Source of the DNA: Deltaproteobacteria bacterium
Lineage (GTDB): Bacteria > Desulfobacterota > B13-G15 > RBG-16-54-18
Direction: 5' to 3'
Length of the DNA stretch: 64,000 nt
Assembly: GCA_016927065.1 (NCBI GenBank)
Contig: JAFGNJ010000028.1
Span: 5,165-69,164, forward strand
In this document: positions 39,761-50,449 of the stretch, piece after piece
How the letters are laid out: every line of letters begins with the position of its first letter
Position numbering within the stretch: position 1 is the first letter of the stretch
Made by a program: the position numbers and the translations under genes
The notes under the pieces: model-generated
The model's database searches: none
Told to the model about the DNA's origin: nothing
What the model saw: the letters and a program-made list of their open reading frames with translations, nothing else

Positions 39761-39840
39761 TCTTTAATTTTAAGAAGAATTGACTTCAAAACACCGTGCG
39801 GACATTTCAAGCCCTTTACTGTGGAGTGAGTTAGGGGGTG

Positions 39841-40251
39841 TTAAATATTTGTATATTTCGTTGGTTCTAAATTGGTTGCCATCGTCCAAACAGTCGCTTT
39901 GCATGCGGTCACTCTAAACACCACGAGTACGTCATAACCGCGTTCTTCAATTAACGGCCTTAAAAAAGGTCTTGCTTCAACAATTTCTTTTTTTAGATTC
40001 AAATCATCAATGATTTCGACAAAGCCAGCTATGCGTATTTGCATGTCTTTGCTGTTGAAGCAGAGTTCGACGTGTTTGTTTTGTGTGATCTGGTTATAGA
40101 GCGCCTTAAATGCACCTGTATGAAAGACAAGTCCTGTTGAATCCGCCTTATACAAAAGCATGCCGCGGACACGTGGCTGGTTCCCGTCGGTCGTGGCAAG
40201 GTGACAGGAAGGATTGGCGTTTATAAATTGTAATATCTCTTCTCTGTTCAT
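39841..40251 (-). CDS. Pyridoxamine 5'-phosphate oxidase-like FMN-binding protein
   Basis: LATTDGNQPRVR, FHTG..K..Y.QI..N..VELCF, QIRIAG. Confidence 0.88.
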   Translation of the reverse strand: MNREEILQFINANPSCHLATTDGNQPRVRGMLLYKADSTGLVFHTGAFKALYNQITQNKHVELCFNSKDMQIRIAGFVEIIDDLNLKKEIVEARPFLRPLIEERGYDVLVVFRVTACKATVWTMATNLEPTKYTNI

Positions 40252-40551
40252 TTCTCTCTGTGTTATACATAAAAAGCATCGCAATAGCAAGTATTGAAAG
40301 CTACCTTTCTTATCTTAAAGAAAGACGGCGAAGGATCACAAGGTATTGTAAATAATCCTCATATCTTTCTGGTGAGTGCAAATCGATGAAAGTTTCTTTG
40401 GCACTCGTCCATTAAAGGCAGACAAGGGCGAGGAGCATGAGGTAAGACGATAGTCTTTGGTATTTTCAAACGCAAAGGGAAGGTCTATACTTGATATAGA
40501 AAAAATTATTATGCCAGATGTTTCAGATATCCTTGCTCAGAGACGAGGCAG

Positions 40552-41385
40552 ATGAATAACAAAAAGACTATTTCTTTTTTATTATCCTTCTTGCTGGTAG
40601 TTTTGGGGTGTCTCTTCCTTATTTTTCCGTTGTTTTCTTCGCAAGATTCCAAAGGTCCTTTTCGCGTCAAGCGGGTGGTGGATGGGGATACGATCGTGTT
40701 AGATAATGGCCGGCATGTTCGTTATGTAGGTATCAATACCCCTGAACGCGGTGAACGCTTTTGGAGGGAGGCAAAAAATTGCAATACCCGCAAGGTAGGT
40801 GGGAAAGCGGTCACCTTGGAGTTCGGTCAGGTCCGGGAGGACACATACGGGCGCACCCTGGCCTATGTCACTGTTGAGGATGACATGGTCAATGCCCACC
40901 TGCTGAAGGAGGGTTGGGCTCACCTCTTTGTGCTCGAACCGATCATATACTATGATCACTTCCGAAGGCTCCAAGAGGAGGCCAGGGCACAAGGTCTGGG
41001 GATCTGGAGAAAAGACGGATTCACAGGACCGCTCAAGATCACAACATTGCACGCCGATGCGCAAGGGGATGACAGGTACAATCTCAACGGTGAGTACGTG
41101 AGAATATGCAATATATCCCCGCAAGATATAGACCTCCGGGGTTTTTCCCTCGTTGATCTCGAGGAGCACCGGTACATCTTCCCAAGGGGTTCCCTCAGAC
41201 CGGGCTACACTGCACTCCTCGTGACGGGAACGGGAAAGGATATTGCAGCAGGGGCGGATCAACTATCCTTCTACTGGAATTCACCCTATCCCATCTGGAA
41301 CAACAAGGGGGATCAAGCCTTTCTCAGGGGCCCGCAGGGGGAGTTGATAGATAACGTTGTATACAGAAAGGAGTATTCTAACTAA
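40552..41385 (+). CDS. Thermonuclease (SNase) fused to lamin-tail domain
   Basis: N-terminal anchor; VVDGDT, RYVGINTPE, DTYGRTLAY, GLGIW; LTD motifs EYVRICN, IWNNKGD. Confidence 0.88.
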   Translation: MNNKKTISFLLSFLLVVLGCLFLIFPLFSSQDSKGPFRVKRVVDGDTIVLDNGRHVRYVGINTPERGERFWREAKNCNTRKVGGKAVTLEFGQVREDTYGRTLAYVTVEDDMVNAHLLKEGWAHLFVLEPIIYYDHFRRLQEEARAQGLGIWRKDGFTGPLKITTLHADAQGDDRYNLNGEYVRICNISPQDIDLRGFSLVDLEEHRYIFPRGSLRPGYTALLVTGTGKDIAAGADQLSFYWNSPYPIWNNKGDQAFLRGPQGELIDNVVYRKEYSN

Positions 41386-41420
41386 AGTTTGTATAAGAAA
41401 GGGTGGCACTGGATAGCGTA

Positions 41421-41449
41421 TTGCTTTAGACTAGTCTTTATGATATCTT
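41421..41449 (+). promoter_or_regulatory. sigma70-type promoter for the ileS operon
   Basis: TTGCTT, 17 nt, TATCTT with TGn extended -10. Confidence 0.5.
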
Positions 41450-41485
41450 GCACTTTTTATCTAAAAAGTCCGATGGAGTGGATAG

Positions 41486-44254
41486 ATGGATTATAAGAAG
41501 ACATTGAACCTTCCCCAAACACCCTTTCCTATGAAGGCGGACCTCGCCAAGAAGGAACCTGAGTTGCTCAAGGTGTGGGAGGAGCGGGGACTATACAGCA
41601 AGATTCTCCAGATAGCACAGGGAAGGGAAAAATACATCCTCCATGACGGCCCCCCCTATGCCAACGGCCACATCCACATCGGGACCGCTCTGAACAAAAT
41701 CCTGAAGGACATTATCGTCAAGGCCAAGTTCATGGCCGGTTTCGACAGCATCTATGTACCCGGGTGGGATTGTCACGGCCTGCCCATAGAGCATGAGGTG
41801 GATAAGACGCTGGGGGAACGTAAAAAGGGGATGAGCAAGGGGGAAATCAGGAGAAACTGCCGGGAGTATGCCGCTCGCTTCATCGATATCCAGCGAGAGG
41901 AATTTAAGCGGTTGGGGGTGTTGGGAATTTGGGATGATCCATATCGCACCATGGACTATGAGTACCAGGCCACCATCGTGCGTGAGTTCGGAAGGTTTGT
42001 GGAGGGTGGCTATCTTTATAAAGGAAAAAAACCGGTCTACTGGTGCGCTACCTGCCATACCGCATTGGCCGAGGCCGAGGTGGAGTATGCCTCTCACCAC
42101 TCCCCCTCTATCTTCGTACGGTTTCCAATGATTTCCGATATCGGGAAGGTCTTCCCCTCGCTACGGGGGAAAAAGGTATCGGTCATCATTTGGACCACTA
42201 CGCCGTGGACCATTCCTGCCAACCTCGCCATAGCCCTCCATCCTACCTATACATATGTAGCGGCGGAGGTGAAGGGAGAGGTCTACATCGTGGCAGAGGA
42301 GTTGGCTGATATCGTGATGGATACCCTGGGGATCAAGGATTATAACGTGCTGGAGACCTTTGAGGGAAAAGCCTTAGAAGGATTAACATGCCGCCATCCC
42401 CTCTACGAGAGGGAGTCGATCATCATTCTGGCCGACTACGTCACCCTGGACGCAGGCACCGGCTGCGTCCATACCGCCCCCGGACATGGGCAGGAGGACT
42501 ATGAGAGCGGCCTGAAATACGACCTGGAGATCTATGCGCCGGTGGACGATGATGGCAGGTTTACACCGGATGTGGAGTTTTTCGGGGGGGAATTCGTCTT
42601 CGACGCCAATAAATCCGTCAACGCCAAGCTTTCTGAAGTAGAAGCTTTGTTAAAAAAGGAAGAAATGGAGCACTCCTATCCCCACTGCTGGCGGTGCAAA
42701 AACCCCATCATCTTCCGCTCCACCGAGCAATGGTTCATCTCCTTAGATCACCGGGAGTTAAGAAAACGGGCCCTCAAGGGGATCGAGGCGGTCCGGTGGA
42801 TCCCCGCTTGGGGGCGGGAGCGAATCTACGGAATGGTGGCCAACCGCCCCGACTGGTGCGTCTCGCGGCAGCGGGTCTGGGGGATTCCCATCGTGGCCTT
42901 TTATTGCGAGGGGTGCAACGAAACCCTCCTGCGGAAAGATCTGATAGATTTCGTCGCCGAGCGGTTCGCCCGCGAGGGGGCGGATATCTGGTTTGATGAG
43001 CCGGCAGACAAACTCCTGCTCCCCAAGACCCTCTGTCCTCAATGCGGCGGTGACCAATTCAGAAAGGAAACGGACATCCTCGACGTCTGGTTCGATTCCG
43101 GCGTGAGTTGGGCCGCGGTCCTGGAAAAAAACAAAGCCCTGAAGTTCCCCTGTGACCTCTATCTGGAGGGAAGCGACCAACACCGCGGATGGTTTCACTC
43201 GTCCCTGCTGGTCGCGGTAGGGACCAGAGGGACTCCACCGTACACCAGTGTCCTCACCCACGGATTTGTAGTGGACGGCGAGGGGAAAAAGATGTCCAAG
43301 TCGGCGGGGAACGTTGTGGCCCCCGAGGAGGTCATTCAACGATGTGGGGCCGAGATCTTACGGCTGTGGGTGGCGGCGGAGGACTACCGGGACGACATCA
43401 AGATTTCCCAGGAGATCCTCGATCGGCTCACCGAGGCCTACCGGAGGATCAGGAACACCTGGCGGTACATGCTGGGCAACCTCTACGATTTTGATCCCCA
43501 GCATCACACCGTGCCCGTTGGGGAACTCCTGGAGATCGACCGGTGGATCCTTCATCGCTTCCAGCAGTTGGTGGATCGTGTGTTCAAGGCCTATGAGGAG
43601 TTTGAGTTTCACATTATCTATCACGCCGTGCACAACTTCTGCGTGGTAGACTTGAGCTCCCTTTATCTCGATATACTCAAGGACCGCCTCTACACCTCTG
43701 CACCCTCCTCCCTTAAGCGGAGGTCCGCCCAAAACGCCATCTATCGCGTCCTCAAAGGGATGGTGAAGATCATGGCGCCGGTACTTGCCTTTACCGCCGA
43801 CGAGGTATGGCAACACCTCCCTCAAGAAGGGAGTGAGGAGGAGAGCGTGCATTTGGCGAGCTTTCCCAAAAACGACGAAGAAGTCCTCGACGAGTCCCTG
43901 GAGGAGCGATGGACGCGGTTGTGGGCGGTGCGTGAAGAGGTGACCAAGGCCTTGGAAAAGGCCCGTCAGGACAAGGTGATCGGCCATCCCCTCGACGCCG
44001 CGGTGACGGTGAAGGCGCCGTCGAAACTCTACGACTTTCTCCACGGGTTTGGCTCAGAGCTGCGGGAGCTCTTCATCGTCTCGCAGGTAGCACTGGAGAA
44101 GAGCGGTGACTCCTCCGAACTGACGGTGGAGGTAGGGCGGGCAGAGGGGGAAAAGTGCCAACGCTGCTGGGTCTATGACACGAGTGTGGGGACGGACAAA
44201 GAACACCCCGAGATCTGTCAGCGCTGTTCCCAAACCATCGTGAAAGAAGGATGA
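41486..44254 (+). CDS. ileS: Isoleucyl-tRNA synthetase (type 1)
   Basis: [44 protein letters not shown]-terminal Zn finger. Confidence 0.98.
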   Translation: MDYKKTLNLPQTPFPMKADLAKKEPELLKVWEERGLYSKILQIAQGREKYILHDGPPYANGHIHIGTALNKILKDIIVKAKFMAGFDSIYVPGWDCHGLPIEHEVDKTLGERKKGMSKGEIRRNCREYAARFIDIQREEFKRLGVLGIWDDPYRTMDYEYQATIVREFGRFVEGGYLYKGKKPVYWCATCHTALAEAEVEYASHHSPSIFVRFPMISDIGKVFPSLRGKKVSVIIWTTTPWTIPANLAIALHPTYTYVAAEVKGEVYIVAEELADIVMDTLGIKDYNVLETFEGKALEGLTCRHPLYERESIIILADYVTLDAGTGCVHTAPGHGQEDYESGLKYDLEIYAPVDDDGRFTPDVEFFGGEFVFDANKSVNAKLSEVEALLKKEEMEHSYPHCWRCKNPIIFRSTEQWFISLDHRELRKRALKGIEAVRWIPAWGRERIYGMVANRPDWCVSRQRVWGIPIVAFYCEGCNETLLRKDLIDFVAERFAREGADIWFDEPADKLLLPKTLCPQCGGDQFRKETDILDVWFDSGVSWAAVLEKNKALKFPCDLYLEGSDQHRGWFHSSLLVAVGTRGTPPYTSVLTHGFVVDGEGKKMSKSAGNVVAPEEVIQRCGAEILRLWVAAEDYRDDIKISQEILDRLTEAYRRIRNTWRYMLGNLYDFDPQHHTVPVGELLEIDRWILHRFQQLVDRVFKAYEEFEFHIIYHAVHNFCVVDLSSLYLDILKDRLYTSAPSSLKRRSAQNAIYRVLKGMVKIMAPVLAFTADEVWQHLPQEGSEEESVHLASFPKNDEEVLDESLEERWTRLWAVREEVTKALEKARQDKVIGHPLDAAVTVKAPSKLYDFLHGFGSELRELFIVSQVALEKSGDSSELTVEVGRAEGEKCQRCWVYDTSVGTDKEHPEICQRCSQTIVKEG

Positions 44255-44745
44255 TGAAAAGGAAGTATATCATCTTGTTAATCATATTCTGTGTCCTCCT
44301 CGCCCTGGATCAAGGGACCAAGCTCTTTATCGAGCACTCTTTCTCCCTGCATGAGTTCAGAGAGGTCATCCCCGGATTTTTCGCCATCACCCACGTGCAA
44401 AACACCGGTGCCGCCTTCGGCCTCCTTGCCGGTCTTCCTGAAGCAGCGACCATCTTCGTCATCATATCCTTGATAGCCATCGCCTTTATCCTCGCCTATT
44501 TTCGCTGGATCAAAGAGGGGGAGGTGTGGGCTCCCCTGTGCCTCTCCCTTGTATTGGCCGGGGCCGTCGGCAACCTGATCGACCGCTTCCGCCTTGGAGG
44601 GGTTGTGGACTTCCTCGATTTTCAGTACAGAGGGTGGCACTGGCCCGCTTTTAACGTAGCGGACGCCTCCATCACCATCGGGGTTATTTTGCTTGCCATC
44701 AAGATCCTGTGGGGAGAAAAGAAGGAGGCAAAGGAGGAGGCCTGA
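44251..44745 (+). CDS. lspA: Lipoprotein signal peptidase II
   Basis: [30 protein letters not shown]. Confidence 0.96.
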   Translation: MMKRKYIILLIIFCVLLALDQGTKLFIEHSFSLHEFREVIPGFFAITHVQNTGAAFGLLAGLPEAATIFVIISLIAIAFILAYFRWIKEGEVWAPLCLSLVLAGAVGNLIDRFRLGGVVDFLDFQYRGWHWPAFNVADASITIGVILLAIKILWGEKKEAKEEA

Positions 44746-44746
44746 C

Positions 44747-45529
44747 ATGCACCCCATACTTTTAACTATCGGCGGATTCAATATTATCAAGTCTTACGGA
44801 CTCATGATCGCCATAGGCATCCTAGTGGGATTGTTCTTGGCAAGGCGACAAGCGGCACGGGAGGGGATCGATCCTGACAAGATTATCGACATTGCCTTTT
44901 ATGTCTTGCTGGCCGCCCTGATCGGCTCCCGCCTCCTCTTTGTGCTCACGAACTTCAAGGAATACGTCGATAACCCCCTCGACATCTTCAAAATATGGGA
45001 GGGGGGGTTGGTCTTTTACGGCGGGCTCATACTGGCCGTGGCCATAGGGATTTGGTGCATCAGGAGATTCAGCCTTCCCCTTTGGCAGGTGACCGATATC
45101 TTCGCTCCCTCCGTCGCCATCGGTCACACCTTCGGCAGGATCGGGTGCTTCCTCGCCGGATGCTGTTACGGCAAGCCAAGCTCCCTCCCCTGGGCCGTCA
45201 CCTTCACAGACCCTCGCAGTCTGGCCCCCCAGGGGATCCCCTTACACCCCACCCAACTTTACAGCTCACTGGGCCTCTTTGCGATCTTCGCCTTTCTCAT
45301 ATGGCTTCGGAAACGAAAGACGTTTCACGGGGAGCTCTTGTGGTCGTACACCCTTGTCTATGCCATCTTCCGCTTCTTTATAGAGTTCCTGCGGGGTGAT
45401 CCCCGCGGCAGCTGCTTTGGAGGACTCCTCTCATCGGCCCAGACCATCGGAATCTTCCTGGCTGGAATTTCTGTTGTGATGTTACTATATTTAAGAAAAA
45501 GAGGGCTGAGGGCGAATGTCCGTCGCTAA
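44747..45529 (+). CDS. lgt: Prolipoprotein diacylglyceryl transferase
   Basis: SYGLM, WEGGLVFYGG, GRIGCFLAGCCYG, HPTQLY, RFFIEFLR. Confidence 0.96.
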   Translation: MHPILLTIGGFNIIKSYGLMIAIGILVGLFLARRQAAREGIDPDKIIDIAFYVLLAALIGSRLLFVLTNFKEYVDNPLDIFKIWEGGLVFYGGLILAVAIGIWCIRRFSLPLWQVTDIFAPSVAIGHTFGRIGCFLAGCCYGKPSSLPWAVTFTDPRSLAPQGIPLHPTQLYSSLGLFAIFAFLIWLRKRKTFHGELLWSYTLVYAIFRFFIEFLRGDPRGSCFGGLLSSAQTIGIFLAGISVVMLLYLRKRGLRANVRR

Positions 45530-46055
45530 AATACGAATATATCCTGATTCTATACTCCAGACCAAGGCTGCGGAGATCGAGAACATTGATGGGCGGGTGG
45601 TACACTTGGCTGAAGATATGGCACAGACCATGTACGCAGCCCCAGGCGTCGGTCTGGCTGCGCCGCAGGTCGGGGTTTCTGAGCGGCTCGTCGTTATCGA
45701 CGTCACAAACCCGGAGGGTAAAAAGGGGCTTATCACCCTGGTCAACCCCGAAATCATAGAGATGGAGGGGAAGGTGGTGGAGGAAGAAGGCTGTCTGAGC
45801 CTCCCCGGGATCAGGGAGAACGTCGCCCGGGCCGAGCGGATTCTAGCCAGAGGCTATGACCTAGACGAGCGGGAGCAGAAGATCGAGGCCACAGGGCTCC
45901 TGGCGGTGGCCCTCCAGCATGAGATCGATCACCTCGACGGCATCCTCTTTATCGACAGGATAAGCCGTCTGAAACGGGGAATCGCTCAGAGAAAGATGCG
46001 CAAGCTGGTGCAGCAGGCCCAGTCGTCCGAAGAAAAGGACTATACACTTTTCTAG
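45516..46055 (+). CDS. def: Peptide deformylase
   Basis: GVGLAAPQVG, EGCLS, QHEIDHLDG. Confidence 0.97.
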   Translation: MSVAKIRIYPDSILQTKAAEIENIDGRVVHLAEDMAQTMYAAPGVGLAAPQVGVSERLVVIDVTNPEGKKGLITLVNPEIIEMEGKVVEEEGCLSLPGIRENVARAERILARGYDLDEREQKIEATGLLAVALQHEIDHLDGILFIDRISRLKRGIAQRKMRKLVQQAQSSEEKDYTLF

Positions 46056-46057
46056 CA

Positions 46058-46996
46058 ATGAATTCCAGTACCAGTAAGCTGCGGGTTGTCTTCATGGGGA
46101 CCGCTGACTTTGCCCTCCCCACGTTGCGGGCCCTGGCCGATGCCGAAGAGGTGATCGGGTTCGTCACCCAGCCCGACCGCCCCCGCGGCAGGGGAAGGAA
46201 TCTTGCTCCTCCTCCCATAAAGGAGTTCGCCTTCGACCTCGGCCTCCAAGTGCTGCAGCCGGAGCGGGTGAAGGAACCTTCTGTCATCTCACAGTTGGAG
46301 GAATTGAAACCCGATCTGATCGTGGTGGCGGCCTTCGGACAAATACTCCCCCCTGTCGTTTTGGGAATACCACCCCTCGGATGCATCAATGTGCACCCCT
46401 CGCTCCTCCCCAAGTATCGGGGGGCGGCCCCCATCAATTGGGCCATAATCAATGGTGAAACCCGAACGGGGGTGACCACGTATTGTATGAACGAGGGGAT
46501 GGACACGGGCGCCGTCCTGTTGGTTCGAGAGGTGGAGATCAGGGCGGACGAGACCGCCGAGGAGCTCGGTGAACGACTAGCCGCAATAGGGGGGGAGCTC
46601 GCGAGAGAGACAGTACAAGGGCTCAAGGAACAAAGCCTGCAACCGATCCCACAAGATGAGCAAGGAACCTCTTATGCCCCCCTTTTGAAAAAGGCGGACG
46701 GTCTGATCCAATGGAACGAAGAGGCGGGCCGGATCAGGAATCAAATCAGAGGGATGGTACCGTGGCCGGTTGCGTACACCGTGTGGGGAGATAAGAGAAT
46801 CAAGGTCTTTCGGGTCAAGGTCGGGGATGGCAGGAGCACCCCTGGTGAGATAATCTCCCTTGAGGAAGGGATCGAGGTCGCCTGCGGCACGAGTTCGCTG
46901 ATTATCGAGGAGTTGCAGATGGAGGGGGGAAAGAGGGTAGGATGGGATGATTTTGCACGCGGTCACCGATTGACCCCTGGGGAGAGGCTGGGATAA
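46058..46996 (+). CDS. fmt: Methionyl-tRNA formyltransferase
   Basis: FMGT..FA, TQPDRP.GRG, NVHPSLLPKYRGAAPI, GMDTG. Confidence 0.97.
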   Translation: MNSSTSKLRVVFMGTADFALPTLRALADAEEVIGFVTQPDRPRGRGRNLAPPPIKEFAFDLGLQVLQPERVKEPSVISQLEELKPDLIVVAAFGQILPPVVLGIPPLGCINVHPSLLPKYRGAAPINWAIINGETRTGVTTYCMNEGMDTGAVLLVREVEIRADETAEELGERLAAIGGELARETVQGLKEQSLQPIPQDEQGTSYAPLLKKADGLIQWNEEAGRIRNQIRGMVPWPVAYTVWGDKRIKVFRVKVGDGRSTPGEIISLEEGIEVACGTSSLIIEELQMEGGKRVGWDDFARGHRLTPGERLG

Positions 46997-47028
46997 TATG
47001 GAGTTCAGTAATGAAGGAGGAACATACG

Positions 47029-47883
47029 ATGAATCAGTTTAAGACCTATATACTCATGGCGTTGCTTACCGCCCTTCTGGGTTGGATTGGGTACGTGGTA
47101 GGGGGACGTGATTGGGCAATCATTGCCCTTTGCTTTGCTGCGGTCATGAATTTTGGCGTCTATTGGTTCAGCGATCGCATCGTCCTTAGGATGTATCGCG
47201 CGCGAGAGGCGACCGAGGCAGAAGAGCCGGGTCTCCATCGAATCGTGAGGGAACTGGCCCTGCGGGGCGGGCTCCCCATGCCCAAGGTCTATGTGATCGA
47301 GAATGACGCCCCCAACGCCTTCGCCACGGGGAGGAATCCTCACCACGCAGCAGTGGCGGTGACCACGGGGATTAAGCAGTTGTTAAACGAAGAAGAACTC
47401 AAGGGGGTCTTGGCCCATGAGCTTTCCCATATACGCCATCGGGACATCCTCATTGGGACCGTTGCCGCCACCATCGCCGGGGCCATCAGTATGATTGCTT
47501 CGATGGCCCGTTTTGGGGCCATGTTCGGCGGCTTGGGCGGCGATAATAGACAAGGGGGCGGGATTGCACAGCTCATCGCCGTCCTGGTCCTCACCACCCT
47601 CGCCACCATCGCGGCGTTCCTTATCCAAATGGCCATTTCCAGATCAAGGGAGTACCACGCCGATGAGGGTGGAGCCCGGCTTGCCGGTAACCCGCTCTAT
47701 CTCGCCAGGGCCTTGGCAAAGTTGGATGCCGGGGCGAAACGGATCCCCATGCAGGTCAACCCCTCCACCGCCCACATGCTCATTGTCAATCCCCTGCGGG
47801 GGAAGGGGATACAGAGCCTCTTCAGCACCCATCCCCCTATCGAGGAGCGCATCAGGAGACTGGAGGAGATGACCGGTCGCTAA
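47029..47883 (+). CDS. htpX: Zinc metalloprotease HtpX (M48)
   Basis: PNAFATG, AHELSH, SRSREY.AD, FSTHPP; AGGAGG SD before ATG 47029. Confidence 0.95.
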   Translation: MNQFKTYILMALLTALLGWIGYVVGGRDWAIIALCFAAVMNFGVYWFSDRIVLRMYRAREATEAEEPGLHRIVRELALRGGLPMPKVYVIENDAPNAFATGRNPHHAAVAVTTGIKQLLNEEELKGVLAHELSHIRHRDILIGTVAATIAGAISMIASMARFGAMFGGLGGDNRQGGGIAQLIAVLVLTTLATIAAFLIQMAISRSREYHADEGGARLAGNPLYLARALAKLDAGAKRIPMQVNPSTAHMLIVNPLRGKGIQSLFSTHPPIEERIRRLEEMTGR

Positions 47884-49229
47884 TGGATCGGGCGCGCACA
47901 AAGGCCCTCGAGGTCCTCATACTCTGGGAAAAGAGGGAGTCCCCCATGGACCCCCTCTTTGATGAAGTGGTTATGGCGGATTCCCTACTCACGGATATTG
48001 ACAAGGCCTTTGTACGAGAGGTGGTCTACGGGGTGCTCAGGTGGCGGGGAAGGCTCGATTGGGTCATATCGGCCTATTCCCGCATCAAGCCCGCTCGCAT
48101 GGAGCGCGCCGTTATCACTATCCTCAGAATGGGGGCTTATCAACTCCTCTTTATGGATCGGGTCCCCCAGTCCGCAGCTGTCGACGAATCGGTCAAGCTG
48201 GCCAAAAAGTTACGGAAGAAAGAAACAGCGGCTTTTGTCAACGGAATTTTGCGTGGTATTGCCGAGAAAAGGAAAGAGATTTCTTATACCGATCTGCAGG
48301 TCGACCCTTTAAATCACATTGTAGCTCGCTACTCCCACCCCCTGTGGCTGGTGCGCAGATGGATCGATCAGTGGGGGGTGGATGAGACCTCTGCCCTGTG
48401 CCAGGCGGACAATCAGATACCCCCTTTGACTGTGAGGGTTACCACCCTCAAGGCCAGCCGTGAAGAGGTCATCAAGCAGCTACACGACGAGGGAGTAACA
48501 GCGACCCCCACCTCCTTTTCCCCTGTAGGTCTGATCATCGAAAACCCTCCTCCCCTGGACACATGGGAGCCCTTACAAAAAGGTTGGTTGCAGGTCCAGG
48601 ATGAGGCTGCCCAACTCGTCTCCATACTCCTGGCCCCCCAACCCGGAGAGCGAGTCCTCGACCTTTGCGCCGCCCCAGGCGGCAAGACCACCCACCTGGC
48701 CCAGGAGATGGGGAATCAGGGTGAAATCACGGCGGTGGACGTGAGCCGGGCAAAACTCGCGCTCCTGGAGGAGAACTGCCGGCGGTTGGGGATCTCTATC
48801 GTAAAGACTGTAGCTCAGGACGCGACAGCACCTCTCCCCTTTCCTGCTGGTTCTTTTGACCATGTCTTGGTTGATGCGCCCTGTACAGGACTGGGCACCC
48901 TGCGGAGGAATCCTGACATCAAGTGGCGGATCAAGGAGGCGGATATCCCACGCCTACAAGAGCTCCAACGGGCGATCTTGAAGCAGGTGGCAACCATGGT
49001 GAAAAGAGAAGGGGTCTTGGTTTACAGCACCTGCACCATGACCTCGGAGGAGAACGAAGGGGTGGTCAAGGCCTTTCTTGCCGAACATAACGAGTTTCAC
49101 CTGGAGGATGCCTCGCCTTTTTTGCCTACGGGATGTGAAGGGATGGTGGATGCAAAAGGCTATCTCCGCACGTTTCCTCACCGCCACTGGATGGATGGTT
49201 TCTTCGCCGCACGGATAGGGAAGGGATAA
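47883..49229 (+). CDS. rsmB: 16S rRNA m5C967 methyltransferase
   Basis: NusB-like N-terminus, QDEAAQ, DLCAAPGGKT, DAPCTG, YSTCT, DGFF. Confidence 0.95.
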   Translation: MDRARTKALEVLILWEKRESPMDPLFDEVVMADSLLTDIDKAFVREVVYGVLRWRGRLDWVISAYSRIKPARMERAVITILRMGAYQLLFMDRVPQSAAVDESVKLAKKLRKKETAAFVNGILRGIAEKRKEISYTDLQVDPLNHIVARYSHPLWLVRRWIDQWGVDETSALCQADNQIPPLTVRVTTLKASREEVIKQLHDEGVTATPTSFSPVGLIIENPPPLDTWEPLQKGWLQVQDEAAQLVSILLAPQPGERVLDLCAAPGGKTTHLAQEMGNQGEITAVDVSRAKLALLEENCRRLGISIVKTVAQDATAPLPFPAGSFDHVLVDAPCTGLGTLRRNPDIKWRIKEADIPRLQELQRAILKQVATMVKREGVLVYSTCTMTSEENEGVVKAFLAEHNEFHLEDASPFLPTGCEGMVDAKGYLRTFPHRHWMDGFFAARIGKG

Positions 49230-49303
49230 TATTAGACTAACATGAACGACTTTTGAAACAACAGGGGAAGCTCCCCTCCCCTCTGCGAAGGAGATAATTC
49301 TTA

Positions 49304-49771
49304 TTACTTCCTTTCGATATTACCAGAAGTAATCGTTTTTCTTCTTTCCCATTTCTCGATCTCGCCTTCTACCACTGCGAAGCTGGGATGGCATTCGATT
49401 TCTTGAAGGGAGAGCAGCTGTTGGTATATTGTAGGATCGCGCCGCTGTATTTTTACTCGGAGCCAGTCCAATTCGTGCCTAAGTTGTCCCGTGGTGACTA
49501 GGATCTTCTCTATTTCTCTTGGTCCTCCCTCTTCTATTTTTGCTTTGTTAAACTGATAGCTCCTCTTGCACCCTTCTTCCCACACCCCTACCAGATAGTG
49601 TGCGATCGCTTGCTGAGGGTGAGGGTGATTTTTGAATCGTTTCAACTGAGGATGATTTTTATAGCCTTGCGTTTTCCCCTTTAACACGTTTTGTGCCAGA
49701 AGAGATTCTCGCCACAGTGCTACGAGACCTATCCTATCGAGGTACTGTGGATGTATGCTCCACAATCTCAC
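49304..49771 (-). CDS. Pyrimidine dimer DNA glycosylase / T4 endonuclease V-like family
   Basis: MRLWSIHP.YLD..GLVALWRE.LLAQ, GY.NHPQL.RF, TGQL..E. Confidence 0.85.
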   Translation of the reverse strand: MRLWSIHPQYLDRIGLVALWRESLLAQNVLKGKTQGYKNHPQLKRFKNHPHPQQAIAHYLVGVWEEGCKRSYQFNKAKIEEGGPREIEKILVTTGQLRHELDWLRVKIQRRDPTIYQQLLSLQEIECHPSFAVVEGEIEKWERRKTITSGNIERK

Positions 49772-50256
49772 GTATTAAGTGTCCAGATAGAAAAATTCAG
49801 AATTACCGCAAAGCTTACCCACACTATATACGGCAAGAGCAACGAGGCGGCCACCTTAGATATTTTAAAGAAGAAGAAGATCGTCAGCGCGATTGCGATC
49901 CAAAGCACAGCGATATCAATAAGCCCTACAAAGGGAGATCTAAGGCCGAAGAATGATGCCGACCACAAGATGTTAAAGATCAACTGCATGCCGAAAAAAC
50001 CAAGAGCTATCCTGGCCTTTCTCTCGGTGAGACCTGTGCGCCACACGAGGAAAAGCGCGATCCCCATGAGTGCAAAGAGCATAATCCACACAGGGGAAAA
50101 TACACCATTGGGTGGGGTGAAAGATGGTTTTTCAAGCGTTGCATACCAGGTGGGGATTGACGGTCGCGTGAAAAGAGAACCAATGAACCCAGCACCTTGG
50201 CATATCAGTATGCTTATTACCAGTAGAAACACATCCTTTATGTTGATTTTTTTCAT
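49768..50256 (-). CDS. tspO: TspO/MBR family membrane protein
   Basis: WY.TL.KP.FTPP..VF.PVW, NILWS..FFG, LLLPYIVWVSFA. Confidence 0.93.
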   Translation of the reverse strand: MKKINIKDVFLLVISILICQGAGFIGSLFTRPSIPTWYATLEKPSFTPPNGVFSPVWIMLFALMGIALFLVWRTGLTERKARIALGFFGMQLIFNILWSASFFGLRSPFVGLIDIAVLWIAIALTIFFFFKISKVAASLLLPYIVWVSFAVILNFSIWTLNT

Positions 50257-50449
50257 CCTTATTCCTCCTTTCAATCTTTATTGAGGGCTTGAATATACTG
50301 TAATTGCTCTTCTGGGGCACTCTGGACCTCGGATACTGCCTTATAATATCATATAATAACGTGTGTAAAATAGTTGGAATATTGAGTACGCTGAGGAAAA
50401 TGATTTTACGAGATAGATTTGAATACTGTGAAGCTTGATGACCTCTTTG

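Noticed and set aside
39645-39840. Cobalamin riboswitch upstream of the corrinoid operon
   Set aside because: No B12-box or GGGAA elements; the leader is short and AT-rich, and better explained by a promoter plus operator
40370-40480. c-di-GMP-I riboswitch-like fragments (GCAAA...GAAA...ACGCAAA) and a GAGTGC/GCACTC hairpin
   Set aside because: Spacing and pairing do not fit the GEMM consensus; a lone short hairpin is unremarkable
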